DNA of 64,000 nt from Bacteroidales bacterium (GCA_045132235.1 JBGURX010000021.1:8604-72603); one strand, 5' to 3'; positions 6,768 through 17,283 are shown, counted from the first letter of the stretch. Made by a program: numbers and translations. The notes: generated from the letters alone by a model not told the origin.

Positions 6768-9065
6768 CTACTTACCGAACGGCAGCGTCAGCTGCGCCCC
6801 CACTTCGAGATGGGGACACTCTCCCATGAAGTCACGTTTTTCGAGGAGCCGGCTGATGCGATACTGCACGTAAACCGACACGAGGTCAAAGCCGATTCGT
6901 GCCCGCACGCCCCACTCCAAACGGTTGACCACATGCTGATCGTCGTGCTCGCGCACGCGAATGCCTTTGTCGCCGATGGTTTGCCGGCAGCCGAAATTCC
7001 AGCGACCGTAAATGCCCGTGTCGAAGAATACGCCATAGCCGAACAAACCGCCGGCAGCAAGACGGAACCGCTGGTAGATTTCAGCCGTAAGATGCCCCAT
7101 GCTCAATTGGTAGTGCGGCCACCTCTGTTCGGAGAGTATGACGCTGGAAGGAAACACTTCAGAGTACAGCCGGTACCAAGTGCCGCCCAGCTCCAAATTG
7201 CCGCCCAGACTGTACCACTTGCAGAAGTTGTGCTTGTAACGAAGTCCTACAAGGAAGCTGACCGATTGTCCGCCCTTCACGATGCCGTCGCCGGGGTCAT
7301 CCATATAGATGCCGTTGCTAAAGGGCACAGGAAATCCCAACGATAGGTAGGGCGCAAAGTTGTAGCGGGCATTCACTCCGCGCTTTTGGGGGCGATCGCT
7401 TTCGGCGGTGTGACTCTCCGTGGTGCGCCAGAAAATCCGGCGGTTGTACATCTCTTTGGGAATCTTTTCGAGAACATCTTTATCTGAACGATATTCAACG
7501 GTATATCCATCATAATGGGCGCGCAACACCCAGCCGTTGATGGTTTTATAGTTGGCTTTCGGAATTCTGATGATATTTTCGCGCTCCTTGATGAGGAGGG
7601 TTTTGTACACCACAATGCGGCCGTCGTGACGGGCGATGTGGTAGAGAAGATGCCCGTCGCGGATGCACTCGTCAGGTACTACGATGAAGATGGCAGAGTC
7701 GTTCTCGTAGAGTTTGAGAGTGGGCGGTGTAGCTTCCTTTTGGGGAGCGACGAAGTAGTCGGCTTGCGGCACGCCGTAGCCGTACTGGTAATCATAGTAG
7801 GGATAGAGATTTCCAGATTTCTCGATTTCCTCCATCAGCTGGCGGTTGGTCCAATCGCGGTGGGTTTGCCAGGCGCAGGCGACGAAGCCGGCGGTGAGGG
7901 GACTGGCAAAGGAGGTGCCGGAGGCTTTGGTATAGGGTTTCGAATGTGAAGGGTTGGCCACCTCCACACGGGTGCCCATGGCGCTCACATTGGGTTTGAG
8001 GCGTCCGTCGGCACTGGGTCCCAGCGAGGTAAAGGAGGAGGGATTGCCGTCGCGGTCGATGCCGCCCACGGCCAGCACACCCTCTGCATCAGCCGGTGTG
8101 ATGATGGTGCGCCACGTGCGGTCGTCGCCCTCGTTGCCCATCGAGTTGCACACCACGATGCCCTTCTCGGCGGCCATCTGCGCGGCCTTCGCCACTACCG
8201 AGGTGCCGTCCATCTGGTTCGGGTTGTAGCGGTCCTTGCCGTAACCCAACGAGCTGTTGATGATGTGGGCCCCGTTGCGGTCGGCCCACTCCATGCCCAT
8301 CGTCCACCACACCTCCTCGATGCGGTTCTCGAGGCCGGTTTCGGTGCGGGCCAGCAGGAACTCGGCGCCGGTGGCGAGGCCCAGCGGCTCACTATGCTTC
8401 CCGATTCCCGCGATGCAGCTCAGCACCATCGTGCCGTGCGAGTCCCAGCCATACACATTCTCCTTCTTCAACGGGAAGTTGTAGGTGGCCACAATGCGAT
8501 GCCCATCCCGCAGGTGCTGGAACGCCGGGTGGGTGTCGGCCATGCGGAAGCCGCCGTCCAGAATGGCAATGCGCATGCCTTCGCCATGGATGCCGTTGTC
8601 AAAAAAAGCCTCCCCGTTCATCAGCATGAGCTGTTCGGGAAGCTGCACGGGGGCGGACTGACTACTATGATCTGTTTCGTCAATCTCAACCTCGGCGGGC
8701 TGAAAGTCGCTGGCGATGTGTTGCACCTGCTTCACAAAAGGAAGCTGCGCAATTTCTTCTATTTGGAAGGTTTTGATTGCCAACGCATTCAGCCATCTGC
8801 TTTCTCCTATCACCTCTTCCGAAAGAGCGGCAGTTTGGCTTTTGTACTGTTCGTTAAGCGGAAAGTCGGTGGAGTCGCAGAGCGGAAGGCCGCACTGCAG
8901 GCGTCGTTCGATGGCCTTGGGATGAAAGTACGTGGCGGGATCGAAAGAGGTCTCTTTCTTATCCTTGAAAAATACCCAATAATACTCTTGTGCAGAGACG
9001 GAGGTTGTGATAAGAATAAGTATTAGGAGGGAAGAGAAAAGGATAAGCGGGCGTGAAGTTTTCAT
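6768..9065 (-). CDS. S8 (subtilisin) family serine peptidase with a C-terminal beta-barrel-like extension
   Basis: Signal peptide present. Catalytic triad contexts are AILDGGF (Asp), HGTMVLSCIAG (His) and SGTSFASPLTAG (Ser). The last ~230 aa show an alternating hydrophobic, aromatic/Gly-rich pattern. Confidence 0.9.
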   Translation of the reverse strand: MKTSRPLILFSSLLILILITTSVSAQEYYWVFFKDKKETSFDPATYFHPKAIERRLQCGLPLCDSTDFPLNEQYKSQTAALSEEVIGESRWLNALAIKTFQIEEIAQLPFVKQVQHIASDFQPAEVEIDETDHSSQSAPVQLPEQLMLMNGEAFFDNGIHGEGMRIAILDGGFRMADTHPAFQHLRDGHRIVATYNFPLKKENVYGWDSHGTMVLSCIAGIGKHSEPLGLATGAEFLLARTETGLENRIEEVWWTMGMEWADRNGAHIINSSLGYGKDRYNPNQMDGTSVVAKAAQMAAEKGIVVCNSMGNEGDDRTWRTIITPADAEGVLAVGGIDRDGNPSSFTSLGPSADGRLKPNVSAMGTRVEVANPSHSKPYTKASGTSFASPLTAGFVACAWQTHRDWTNRQLMEEIEKSGNLYPYYDYQYGYGVPQADYFVAPQKEATPPTLKLYENDSAIFIVVPDECIRDGHLLYHIARHDGRIVVYKTLLIKERENIIRIPKANYKTINGWVLRAHYDGYTVEYRSDKDVLEKIPKEMYNRRIFWRTTESHTAESDRPQKRGVNARYNFAPYLSLGFPVPFSNGIYMDDPGDGIVKGGQSVSFLVGLRYKHNFCKWYSLGGNLELGGTWYRLYSEVFPSSVILSEQRWPHYQLSMGHLTAEIYQRFRLAAGGLFGYGVFFDTGIYGRWNFGCRQTIGDKGIRVREHDDQHVVNRLEWGVRARIGFDLVSVYVQYRISRLLEKRDFMGECPHLEVGAQLTLPFGK

Positions 9066-10072
9066 TTTTTAATTTTTGAACGGATGTTGATGATGTAATC
9101 AGCCACCTCTTCAATGGTTTCTTCACTTTGGAACAGGGCCATGGAGGGATCGCGGGGAAGGAAATATTCGTAGAAGAGATATACGTCAACAGCGTGACTG
9201 TCGAGCGCGATTTTGAACATCCGCATGGCAGGACTGTTCTTGAGCTGCTTTTTGTTGTAGGTGAGATAGGTGTTGACAATTGCCTCTTTCACGCGCATGA
9301 AGGCGCCTCCACCCATGCTGGCCGCGTAGCCGGGTTCATGTTCCCAAACGGCATTCACCAAAGCATAGGCAAACCAGTCTTCATCGTACTCAATCACCAC
9401 CACATCCTTTTCTCTCTCCTCATTGTATTCGGTGCTGATACGGCACTTCGGGTCAAGATACCAGTCCACGTAAGCCACTTTGTTGGCTTTGAAAATGCCG
9501 TTGAGCATGATGTTCAGGTTCTGGTTGTTGCGGTTCAGCACCTTGGCGATGGCAATCTCTTTGAGCGCCCGTTTCGGCTCACCGGTGTACATGCAGGCGT
9601 GGGCCAGTCCCCAGTGGGCGAGGTAGTCGATGTAGTTGGCTTTCACGGCTTTTTCATACCATTGCTCTGCTTGGAGATAATTTTTTTCATGGAAATAGGT
9701 GTCGCCGATATACACCATCACCTTGTAAAGGTTGGGGTCAATTTCCAACACTTTCAGATAATAGTCACGCGCACCCGAGAAGTCGTAGTCGCCGAAAAGC
9801 TCTTCCGCTTTATCGTACATCTCCTTCGCTTTTCCTTCCATTACATACTCCTTGATGTCGTAAGAGGAGTCTTGCTGAACACGGAAAAGGTTGTGAGGGA
9901 GCACATTGTTGGAAAAATCGCTGGCTCTGAAATTTGCAGATTTAAGGGTATAAGAGACCGGTGAGTCGGTCATGATTTGCACGATTTGCGACGGGGTGTG
10001 GATGTCGTGCGACTGGGCGAAAAGGCCAACAGTTGTCAATAAACAAAGGATAAAAAGGGTTAATTTTTTCAT
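9062..10072 (-). CDS. Secreted TPR-repeat protein
   Basis: Signal peptide MKKLTLFILCLLTTVGLFAQS. TPR-like repeats include ARDYYLKVLEIDPN and YLQAEQWYEKAVKAN. Its stop overlaps the S8 peptidase start (ATGA). Confidence 0.75.
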   Translation of the reverse strand: MKKLTLFILCLLTTVGLFAQSHDIHTPSQIVQIMTDSPVSYTLKSANFRASDFSNNVLPHNLFRVQQDSSYDIKEYVMEGKAKEMYDKAEELFGDYDFSGARDYYLKVLEIDPNLYKVMVYIGDTYFHEKNYLQAEQWYEKAVKANYIDYLAHWGLAHACMYTGEPKRALKEIAIAKVLNRNNQNLNIMLNGIFKANKVAYVDWYLDPKCRISTEYNEEREKDVVVIEYDEDWFAYALVNAVWEHEPGYAASMGGGAFMRVKEAIVNTYLTYNKKQLKNSPAMRMFKIALDSHAVDVYLFYEYFLPRDPSMALFQSEETIEEVADYIINIRSKIKK

Positions 10073-10223
10073 GATGGGAATGTTTTAATTTTTTAATAGG
10101 GCAAAAATACATTTTTTTTCGATTTCTAAAAGAAGAATTCTGATTTTTTATGTAACTTTGCCGTTGATTGTGGAATTTTGTGGAGGAATTATTAATAAAT
10201 TGTATATCAATAATTTATAAAAT

Positions 10224-11087
10224 ATGAAAATTCCAGCTTCTGAATTACCGCTGACTTCTGACGGCAGAATCTACCATTTGGGCATCTTTCCGCAGGATTT
10301 GGCCGACCATATCATTGTGGTGGGCGACCCCGGACGCGTGCCGGATGTCTCCAAATATTTCGACACGGTGGACTTCACCCATGTGAACCGCGAACTGGTG
10401 GTGCACACTGGCACCCTGCGCGGCCAGCGCATCACCGCCCTCTCCACAGGCATGGGCACCGACAACATCGACATTGTGATGACCGAACTGGATGCCTTGG
10501 CCAATATCGACTTGAAGGCGATGGAGGTGAAGCCGGAGCACCGCACCCTCAACATTGTGCGCATCGGCACCTGCGGCGCTTTGCAGAAAGAGATTGATGT
10601 CCACTCGTTCATCGCCGCAGAGTACGGTTTTGGTCTGGACGGCCTCATGCACTTCTACCAGCATGGCGAAGGTTTCGACGAGGAAATCGTCAAGGCGTTT
10701 GTGGAGCATACCGGCTGGAACGAGCGCCTGCCCTATCCCTACTGTGTCAAAGGCAGCAGCGAGCTTTTCAACCGCATCGCTTTCGACATGGTGAAAGGCG
10801 TGACTGCCAGCGCCCCGGGCTTCTTCGGTCCGCAAGGCCGGTCGGTGCGCGCCCAGCTCCAATATCCCGACCTCAATTCCAAAATCGACTCCTTCCGCTT
10901 CGGCGACCGCAAAATCACCAACTTGGAGATGGAGACCTCCGCGCTGTATGGCTTCGGCCAGATCATGGGGCACAACGTGCTCACCATCTGCCTCGCCATC
11001 GCCAACCGCATCACCCACGACTTCTCCAAAGACTATCATCCTTATATGGAAAAACTCATCCAGACCGTTCTCAACCGCATTTTCTAA
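10224..11087 (+). CDS. Nucleoside phosphorylase (PNP/UDP family 1; uridine/purine nucleoside phosphorylase-like)
   Basis: IVVGDPGRV, ALSTGMGTDNIDI, RIGTCGAL and LEMETSALY motifs. A TAACTTTG box lies at 10153-10160. Confidence 0.85.
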   Translation: MKIPASELPLTSDGRIYHLGIFPQDLADHIIVVGDPGRVPDVSKYFDTVDFTHVNRELVVHTGTLRGQRITALSTGMGTDNIDIVMTELDALANIDLKAMEVKPEHRTLNIVRIGTCGALQKEIDVHSFIAAEYGFGLDGLMHFYQHGEGFDEEIVKAFVEHTGWNERLPYPYCVKGSSELFNRIAFDMVKGVTASAPGFFGPQGRSVRAQLQYPDLNSKIDSFRFGDRKITNLEMETSALYGFGQIMGHNVLTICLAIANRITHDFSKDYHPYMEKLIQTVLNRIF

Positions 11088-11098
11088 CATCAACCATT

Positions 11099-11656
11099 AT
11101 GAAAAGAAAAACTCTCCTTTTCGCCACACTCTTCATCGCAGCGGCAGTGCTGGCTGCCAGCTGCAAGCACAAAGGCGACAACACAGAAGAAGCCCCGCAG
11201 AAAATTGTCTCGCTGGACCTCTCCGACAGCACGGCTTTCCACGAGCTGATCCACTTCTACATCACCAGCGACATCATCCCCAAAGAGGCGGTGCTCTGCG
11301 ACCACGAAAGCAAAGGCGGCATGCACACCTTTGAATGCCTGGCCGAAGACCTCGAGCTGTGCGCCCCCGACTACCTGCAGGACTCGCTGCACGGCACCTT
11401 CTTCCAAGAAATTGTCTATCACCCGGGCTCCTCCGGCGACAACAACATCTATATCTGTAATAAAGACGAAAAGGGATTCCACCTTCTCAAAACCATCATC
11501 GGCACCACCAACCCCGATCTCGGTCCGCAAGACGAGGTGGTCAACGGCTACAAGGTGCTCTACTACCAGACCGAAGACAGTGCCTACAAGCTCTATTACG
11601 ACGGCAAGGATTTCGTTACGGAACCCGTCACCGCCCCAACTTTAGCCAACAACTAA
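11099..11656 (+). CDS. Hypothetical lipoprotein
   Basis: Lipobox LAASC follows the signal peptide. No recognised domain. Confidence 0.65.
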   Translation: MKRKTLLFATLFIAAAVLAASCKHKGDNTEEAPQKIVSLDLSDSTAFHELIHFYITSDIIPKEAVLCDHESKGGMHTFECLAEDLELCAPDYLQDSLHGTFFQEIVYHPGSSGDNNIYICNKDEKGFHLLKTIIGTTNPDLGPQDEVVNGYKVLYYQTEDSAYKLYYDGKDFVTEPVTAPTLANN

Positions 11657-11662
11657 TCCGCC

Positions 11663-13720
11663 ATGCAGTTCACGCAACCGCTATTTCTCATCGGCTACGC
11701 CGCCATCCTCATCCCCATCCTCATCCACCTGTTCAACTTCAGGCGGTACAAGACCTACTATTTCTCGAATGTGAAGATGCTGCAGGATGTGGCGCAGAAG
11801 ACCAAACGCGAGTCGCGGGTGAAACACCTCATCGTGCTGCTGCTGCGCTGCCTCGCCATCATCGCCCTCGTCACCGCTTTCGCCCGCCCCTACTTCCCCA
11901 ACCACAACGCCGAGCAGAAAAGCGGCAACCTCGTCACCATCTACCTCGACAACTCCTTCTCCATGGAGGGCAACACCCCCGAAGGCACACTCTTCTACGA
12001 CGGTATCGAAAATGCCCGCCAGATCATCAGCCATTTCGACTATGCCGACCAGTTCATCCTCTACAACAACGACTTCACCTCGCGTCAGCGCATGAAACTC
12101 ACCAAGGAGGAGGCGTTGCAGGAACTCAGCAACTGGAACATCTCGCCTAACAGCCGCACATGGAAAGAGCTTCTTCCCTTCGAGAAAAGTGCCTGCACAG
12201 AGAGTGCCGACAAGAATGTCTTTCATTATTATATTTCTGATTTTCAAAAGAATAACTTTGACTTCAATGATTTTTCGACGGCTGCGGGCAGTGCCTCCTA
12301 CCTCATCCACAAGCCGGCGAAAAGTGTCAGCAACGTGTCGATTGACAGCTGCTGGTTCCTCTCGCCCGTGTTCCGTGCCGGCCAGCAGGTGACGCTCACC
12401 GTGCGGCTGCGCAACTGCGGCGAGGGCGAGGTCATCAAGCTGCCCATGAAGCTGCATGTAAACGGCGAGCAGAAGGCGATGGCGGCGGTGGACATCGCGG
12501 CGGGCGGCACCGCTGAGTACCAGCTCAACTACACCCTGTCGGACGATGCCGTGCAATGCGGCACCCTCTCCATCGAAGACGCGCCCATCACCTTCGACAA
12601 TAATCTCTACTTCACCTACCGCGTGTCCGACAACAGCCGCATCACCGTCATTGATGAGAAAGAGCAGAACCGCTACGTGAACGCCCTTTACGGCAAAGAC
12701 TCCATCTTCGAATACAGTGCGATGCCTGCCGGCCGCATCAACTACAGCGTCTTCTCCGGCAGTGCTGTAGTGGTACTCGACGAGGTGAAAACAATTTCGT
12801 CGGGGTTGGCCGACGAGCTGGCGAAGTATCTGAACAGCGGCGGCACCGTTTTAGTGCTTCCCGCCGAAGAGATGGAGGCCGCCTCGTGGAACAGTTTCCT
12901 GTCGGGTGTCGGTGCCAGCCAGTATGGCAGCCTCGTGCAGCAGGAGCTGAAGGTGGGCAGCATCAACTACGAAAGCATCTACTTCAAGGGCAGCCTCGAC
13001 CAGAGCGACGAGCGCATCGACATGCCCACCTCCACGCAGCATTTCACCTTCAGTGACTTCCACTCCGACGAGACCGTGATGACCTTCGAGAACCAAGCCC
13101 CGCTGCTGACCGTGAACAAGGTGGGCAACGGACGCATCATCCTGTCGGCGGTGGCCATGAACGACCGCTTCGGCAACATCCACAAGCACGCGCTTTTCTT
13201 CATCCCGCTGCACAACATCGGCATCCGCACGCTGATGCAGCAGAAACTGTACAACACCATCGGCCGCGACCATTCGCAGAGCGTGTCCAAACGGGCGGAA
13301 GGCTCCGAGAATGTGCTGTCACTGAAGTCGCAGCAGGGTGGCAAGGAGATCATCCCCGAACAGAAAAACCTCGGCAGCGAGACCATGCTCTTCTTCAACG
13401 ACCAGCTGTCGGAGGCGGGCATCTACGACGTGCTGCACGACGGCGCGAAGCAGGATGCCGTCGCCTTCAACTACGACAGGAAGGAGTCGCAGCTCATCTA
13501 CCACACCGACAAGGAGCTGCGCGATGCGGTGAGCGCCCAGCCCAAAGAGAGCCACGTGCAGCTCATCACCGGCGACTCGCAGGACATCAGCGGCCAGATT
13601 GCGGAGACCATCCATGGCAAGCCGCTCTGGTTCTACTTCATCCTCATCGCCTTGGCATGCCTGCTGGCGGAGGTGGCCATCCTCAGGTTGTGGAAACACC
13701 GCGAGAAAACTCAAGTTTGA
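11663..13720 (+). CDS. BatA-type N-terminal double-transmembrane domain protein (685 aa) with a C-terminal TM anchor
   Basis: N-terminus FTQPLFLIGYAAILIPILIHLFNFRRYK is typical of the aerotolerance-related N-terminal double-TM region. C-terminal TM is LWFYFILIALACLLAEVAIL. Confidence 0.75.
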   Translation: MQFTQPLFLIGYAAILIPILIHLFNFRRYKTYYFSNVKMLQDVAQKTKRESRVKHLIVLLLRCLAIIALVTAFARPYFPNHNAEQKSGNLVTIYLDNSFSMEGNTPEGTLFYDGIENARQIISHFDYADQFILYNNDFTSRQRMKLTKEEALQELSNWNISPNSRTWKELLPFEKSACTESADKNVFHYYISDFQKNNFDFNDFSTAAGSASYLIHKPAKSVSNVSIDSCWFLSPVFRAGQQVTLTVRLRNCGEGEVIKLPMKLHVNGEQKAMAAVDIAAGGTAEYQLNYTLSDDAVQCGTLSIEDAPITFDNNLYFTYRVSDNSRITVIDEKEQNRYVNALYGKDSIFEYSAMPAGRINYSVFSGSAVVVLDEVKTISSGLADELAKYLNSGGTVLVLPAEEMEAASWNSFLSGVGASQYGSLVQQELKVGSINYESIYFKGSLDQSDERIDMPTSTQHFTFSDFHSDETVMTFENQAPLLTVNKVGNGRIILSAVAMNDRFGNIHKHALFFIPLHNIGIRTLMQQKLYNTIGRDHSQSVSKRAEGSENVLSLKSQQGGKEIIPEQKNLGSETMLFFNDQLSEAGIYDVLHDGAKQDAVAFNYDRKESQLIYHTDKELRDAVSAQPKESHVQLITGDSQDISGQIAETIHGKPLWFYFILIALACLLAEVAILRLWKHREKTQV

Positions 13721-13745
13721 AATCACTTTAAATATATAATGTATT

Positions 13746-15203
13746 ATGAAAATGACAGATTTAGAACCCAAAGCGATTTTTCATTATTTCAATGAAATCT
13801 GCAAAGTGCCCCGTCCCTCCAAGAAAGAGGAGAAGATGACCGAATGGCTGCTGAAAACCGGCAAGGAGCTTGGCTTGGAAAGCAAACGCGACAAAGCCGG
13901 CAACGTGCTGATTTCCAAACCCGCCACCAAAGGCAAGGAGAATGTCACCCCCGTGATTTTCCAAGCCCACATGGATATGGTTTGTGAAAAGAACAACGAC
14001 ACGAAATTCGACTTCGAGAAGGATGCCATCCAAGCATACGTGGATGGTGAGTGGCTGAAGGCCAAAGGCACCACCCTCGGTGCCGACGACGGTATCGGCA
14101 TCGCCATTGCCCTCGCCTTCCTCGCCGACAAGAAAATCGAACACGGTCCCATTGAATGCCTCTTCACCGTGGACGAAGAGACCGGCCTCACCGGCGCTTT
14201 CGCCCTGAAACCGGGATTCATGACCGGCAAGATTCTCCTCAACCTCGACTCCGAAGACTGGGGTGAGATCTTCATCGGCTGTGCCGGCGGCAAGGACACG
14301 GTGGCCACCTACGAGTGCGAGTATGAAGACCAGATTCCCGAAGATTCTGTTGCCTATAAGGTAATGGTCGGTGGTTTGATGGGCGGTCACTCCGGTGACG
14401 ACATCAACAAGAACCGCGGCAACGCCGTGAAGCTGCTCAACCGTATTTTGTGGAACGCCTATCAGGAATACGATGCCCGTATCGCCGACATCAACGCCGG
14501 CAACCTGCGCAACGCCATCGCCCGCGAAGGCTGGGCCATCGTGACGATGCCGAAGGGCAAGGCCGCCGCTTTCCGCAAATATGTGGCCAAGGTGGATGCC
14601 GACTTCAAGAACGAGTTCCACACCAGCGACCCGGGTGTGTTTGCCGAGTGCAAGAAGATGACCAAGCTGCCGGAACACATCCTCAACGAGATGCTGCAGA
14701 TCGACGTGATGAACGCCCTATACGCTTGTCCGCACGGCGTGCTGGCCATGTCGCAGGACATCCCCGGCTTCGTGGAGACCTCCACGAACCTCGCTTCCGT
14801 GAAGCTGATCGACGACAAAATCGTCATCACCACCAGCCAGCGCAGCTCCGTGGAGAGCCGCAAGCAGGATGCCTGCGACCACGTGTCGTGCGCCTTCTAC
14901 GCCACTGCCGCCGACGAGGTGACACAGGGCGACGGCTACCCGGGCTGGAATCCCAACCCGAACTCACAGGCCCTCAAGCTGTTGGTGAAAGCCTACAAGA
15001 ACATCTTCCACGAAGATCCCGCCGTCAAGGCCATCCATGCCGGCCTCGAGTGCGGACTCTTCTCCGAGAAATATCCTGAACTCGACATGGTCTCCTTCGG
15101 ACCCACCCTCCGCGGTGTTCACTCTCCGGATGAAAAGCTGGAGATTGCCACCGTGCAGAAATGCTGGGACCTCATCCTCGAGTTCTTCCGCCTTTTGAAA
15201 TAA
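13746..15203 (+). CDS. pepD: Aminoacyl-histidine (Xaa-His) dipeptidase
   Basis: 485 aa, M20 family. IFHYFNEICKVPRPSKKE, HMDMV, GADDGIG and FTVDEETGLTGA are characteristic of PepD. Confidence 0.9.
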   Translation: MKMTDLEPKAIFHYFNEICKVPRPSKKEEKMTEWLLKTGKELGLESKRDKAGNVLISKPATKGKENVTPVIFQAHMDMVCEKNNDTKFDFEKDAIQAYVDGEWLKAKGTTLGADDGIGIAIALAFLADKKIEHGPIECLFTVDEETGLTGAFALKPGFMTGKILLNLDSEDWGEIFIGCAGGKDTVATYECEYEDQIPEDSVAYKVMVGGLMGGHSGDDINKNRGNAVKLLNRILWNAYQEYDARIADINAGNLRNAIAREGWAIVTMPKGKAAAFRKYVAKVDADFKNEFHTSDPGVFAECKKMTKLPEHILNEMLQIDVMNALYACPHGVLAMSQDIPGFVETSTNLASVKLIDDKIVITTSQRSSVESRKQDACDHVSCAFYATAADEVTQGDGYPGWNPNPNSQALKLLVKAYKNIFHEDPAVKAIHAGLECGLFSEKYPELDMVSFGPTLRGVHSPDEKLEIATVQKCWDLILEFFRLLK

Positions 15204-15216
15204 CCGATTTTTCATC

Positions 15217-15259
15217 AGAGGAGGATTTGCCACAGTAAATCCTCCTCTTTTCATTTTTT
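15217..15259 (+). terminator. Intrinsic terminator after pepD
   Basis: Perfect 12-bp stem AGAGGAGGATTT / AAATCCTCCTCT followed by a T-rich run. Confidence 0.7.
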
Positions 15260-15274
15260 CACCCTTTATCTTTT

Positions 15275-16423
15275 ATGAAACACCTTCTCCTCCTCTTTTT
15301 TCTCATTCCCTCCCTGCTTTTCGCACAAGTTTATCCCCAACACAAACCTGATAAAAACCTCAGTGAACTGAGTATCAGTGAGTTGAATAAGCTTTTCGAC
15401 GAAGCGAACCTCGCCCACAAGACCAAGGCCGTGCAGGCACATGCCGACACGATGTGCAAACGGCTCAACGGCACGCTGCTCATTGCGCAGAACGATGTGG
15501 TGCTGGCCCATAAGGCATCGGGGTACAAAGTGCTGGACAAGAAAGACCAGCCCATTGCCGAGGGCACTTGCTTCGAGTTGGCTTCCGTATCCAAAGAGTT
15601 CACCGCCGCCGCCGTGCTGATGCTGGTGCAGGAGGGGAAAGTCAGTCTCAACGACTACCTCGGAAAGTATTTTCCCAGTTTGCCCTATTCCGGCATCACA
15701 GTGCACAACCTGCTGTGCCACACCTCCGGACTGCCCGAGTACTTCAACTTCAAGGAGTCGTGGTGGCCGCAAGGGCGCCTCACCAAGAATCAGGATGTGG
15801 TGGATGTCCTTGTTAAATACCAGCCCAAAAGGATTTTTGCTCCCGGCACCAGCTACAAATACACCAATACCAACTATGCCCTGCTGGCTCTGATTGTGGA
15901 GCAGGCTTCCGGCAAGAAATTCGAGGACTTTGTCAGGGAGAACATCTTCGAGCCGGCCGGCATGACCTCCTCCTTCTACATCACCGAGCGGGCCTCCAAA
16001 ATTGGATACAGCATTGCCACAGGCCATAAGGCCGATCGTATTCCGCAGGTTATCAAAGGGTTGGATGGAACTTTCGGCGATAAGGGGATGTACTCTACCA
16101 TCAATGATTTGTTTGCATGGAAGAAGGCCTATTTCACTAACTATACCATTCTTCCCAAAGAGATAGTGGAGATGGCCACCACCGCCCAGAACACTCTCAA
16201 AGATGGCAAAAAGCCTTCTGAGGATTATGGCTACGGCTGGCATTTGGAGGAGAATCCCTACTATGGGCATATCATCTATCATGGCGGACTCTGGCACGGC
16301 TTTAACCACGTGCTGCTCTATTATCCCGAAAGGGACATTTTCATGGTGTTTCTGAGCAACTACTGCAACCGTGGTCATCGCGGACAGACTGCCAACGTGC
16401 TCCGTATTCTCTGCGGTGCATAA
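15275..16423 (+). CDS. Serine hydrolase, beta-lactamase (class C / PBP-like) family
   Basis: Signal peptide, S-x-x-K motif (SVSKEF) and YTNTNY (Y-x-N). The antisense 399-aa ORF has no motifs. Confidence 0.85.
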   Translation: MKHLLLLFFLIPSLLFAQVYPQHKPDKNLSELSISELNKLFDEANLAHKTKAVQAHADTMCKRLNGTLLIAQNDVVLAHKASGYKVLDKKDQPIAEGTCFELASVSKEFTAAAVLMLVQEGKVSLNDYLGKYFPSLPYSGITVHNLLCHTSGLPEYFNFKESWWPQGRLTKNQDVVDVLVKYQPKRIFAPGTSYKYTNTNYALLALIVEQASGKKFEDFVRENIFEPAGMTSSFYITERASKIGYSIATGHKADRIPQVIKGLDGTFGDKGMYSTINDLFAWKKAYFTNYTILPKEIVEMATTAQNTLKDGKKPSEDYGYGWHLEENPYYGHIIYHGGLWHGFNHVLLYYPERDIFMVFLSNYCNRGHRGQTANVLRILCGA

Positions 16424-16564
16424 GTCTTTCTTTTTTCTCTGAAAAATCAAGTATTTTATAATCAATTATTTAATAATTGAAAAAAAATTCATGTAATCTG
16501 CTGTGGGTACAGATTTTTTTTCTAATTTTGCACACTTAATATTAGAATAAAACCGTTTTCAGAT

Positions 16565-17266
16565 ATGAGCGAGAAAAAATCACCTAAAGTTGACCTTGAA
16601 TCCAGGTTAGTCAACTTCTTTCTTTTGGGTTGCGCCATCGGCCTGACCCTCTCTCTGCTGGCGCTTGACATTTGGGCCAATGTGAAAACTTCCACCGGTG
16701 CCTCTATTGCTACCGAGGCAGAACCTGCCGTGGAGGACCTGCAGATGCCGAACACCGATATTGAAACTCCTCCGCCACCAGAACCGGAGCAGACTCCTGA
16801 ACAGGAAGAGGTTGTGGAACAGATCTTGAAAGAGACTCAAGAGGAAGTGGCCACCAACTTCGAGTTCAGTGTGGAAGCCGATGATGAACTTGCCATCGAA
16901 GGGGATGATGAGGAAATCAGTACAGAAACAGAGGTGATTTTGGTGGATGAACCCATTGTGAAAGTTCCTCAGGTGAGAGCTGAATTTCCTGGCGGTATGG
17001 CCGAGTTGAGAAAGTACCTCGCAGAGAATTGCCAGTATCCTGAAGCCGCCCGTACAGCTGGATGGCAGGGTGTGGTTCTGCTTGAGTTTGTGGTTGAAAA
17101 AGATGGTAGTATCAAACAGGTCAATGTGTTGAGAAGCGTTTGCCAAGCTCTTGACGAAGAGGCAATCCGTGTGGTGAAGAGCATGCCGAAATGGAAAGCC
17201 GGTGAGAACAACGGACAGAAGTGCCGTTCCTTCTTCCAGCTGCCGATCACCTTCTCCCTGCAGTAA
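16565..17266 (+). CDS. Energy transducer TonB family protein
   Basis: N-terminal TM, Pro/Glu-rich linker (PPPPEPEQTPEQEE) and C-terminal TonB domain (AEFPGGMAELRKYL ... GVVLLEFVVEKDGSI). A TAATTTTG box lies upstream. Confidence 0.85.
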   Translation: MSEKKSPKVDLESRLVNFFLLGCAIGLTLSLLALDIWANVKTSTGASIATEAEPAVEDLQMPNTDIETPPPPEPEQTPEQEEVVEQILKETQEEVATNFEFSVEADDELAIEGDDEEISTETEVILVDEPIVKVPQVRAEFPGGMAELRKYLAENCQYPEAARTAGWQGVVLLEFVVEKDGSIKQVNVLRSVCQALDEEAIRVVKSMPKWKAGENNGQKCRSFFQLPITFSLQ

Positions 17267-17283
17267 CCTTTTGCATACAGATA

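Noticed and set aside
15266-16465. Long antisense or overlapping ORFs. Examples: 15266-16465 (-), 60992-62230 (+), 23781-25013 (-), 33290-34456 (-), 29107-30261 (+), 8265-9026 (+), 11681-12556 (-), 26240-27037 (-), 31354-32229 (-), 41742-42764 (-), 43787-44671 (+).
   Set aside because: Each lies opposite a gene with clear family motifs (beta-lactamase SxxK, OmpA, fmt/ribH, DUF349, nusB, S8 triad, tyrS, pgk and others). Their translations are Arg/Gly/Val/His-rich low-complexity sequence, typical of non-coding frames in GC-rich DNA.
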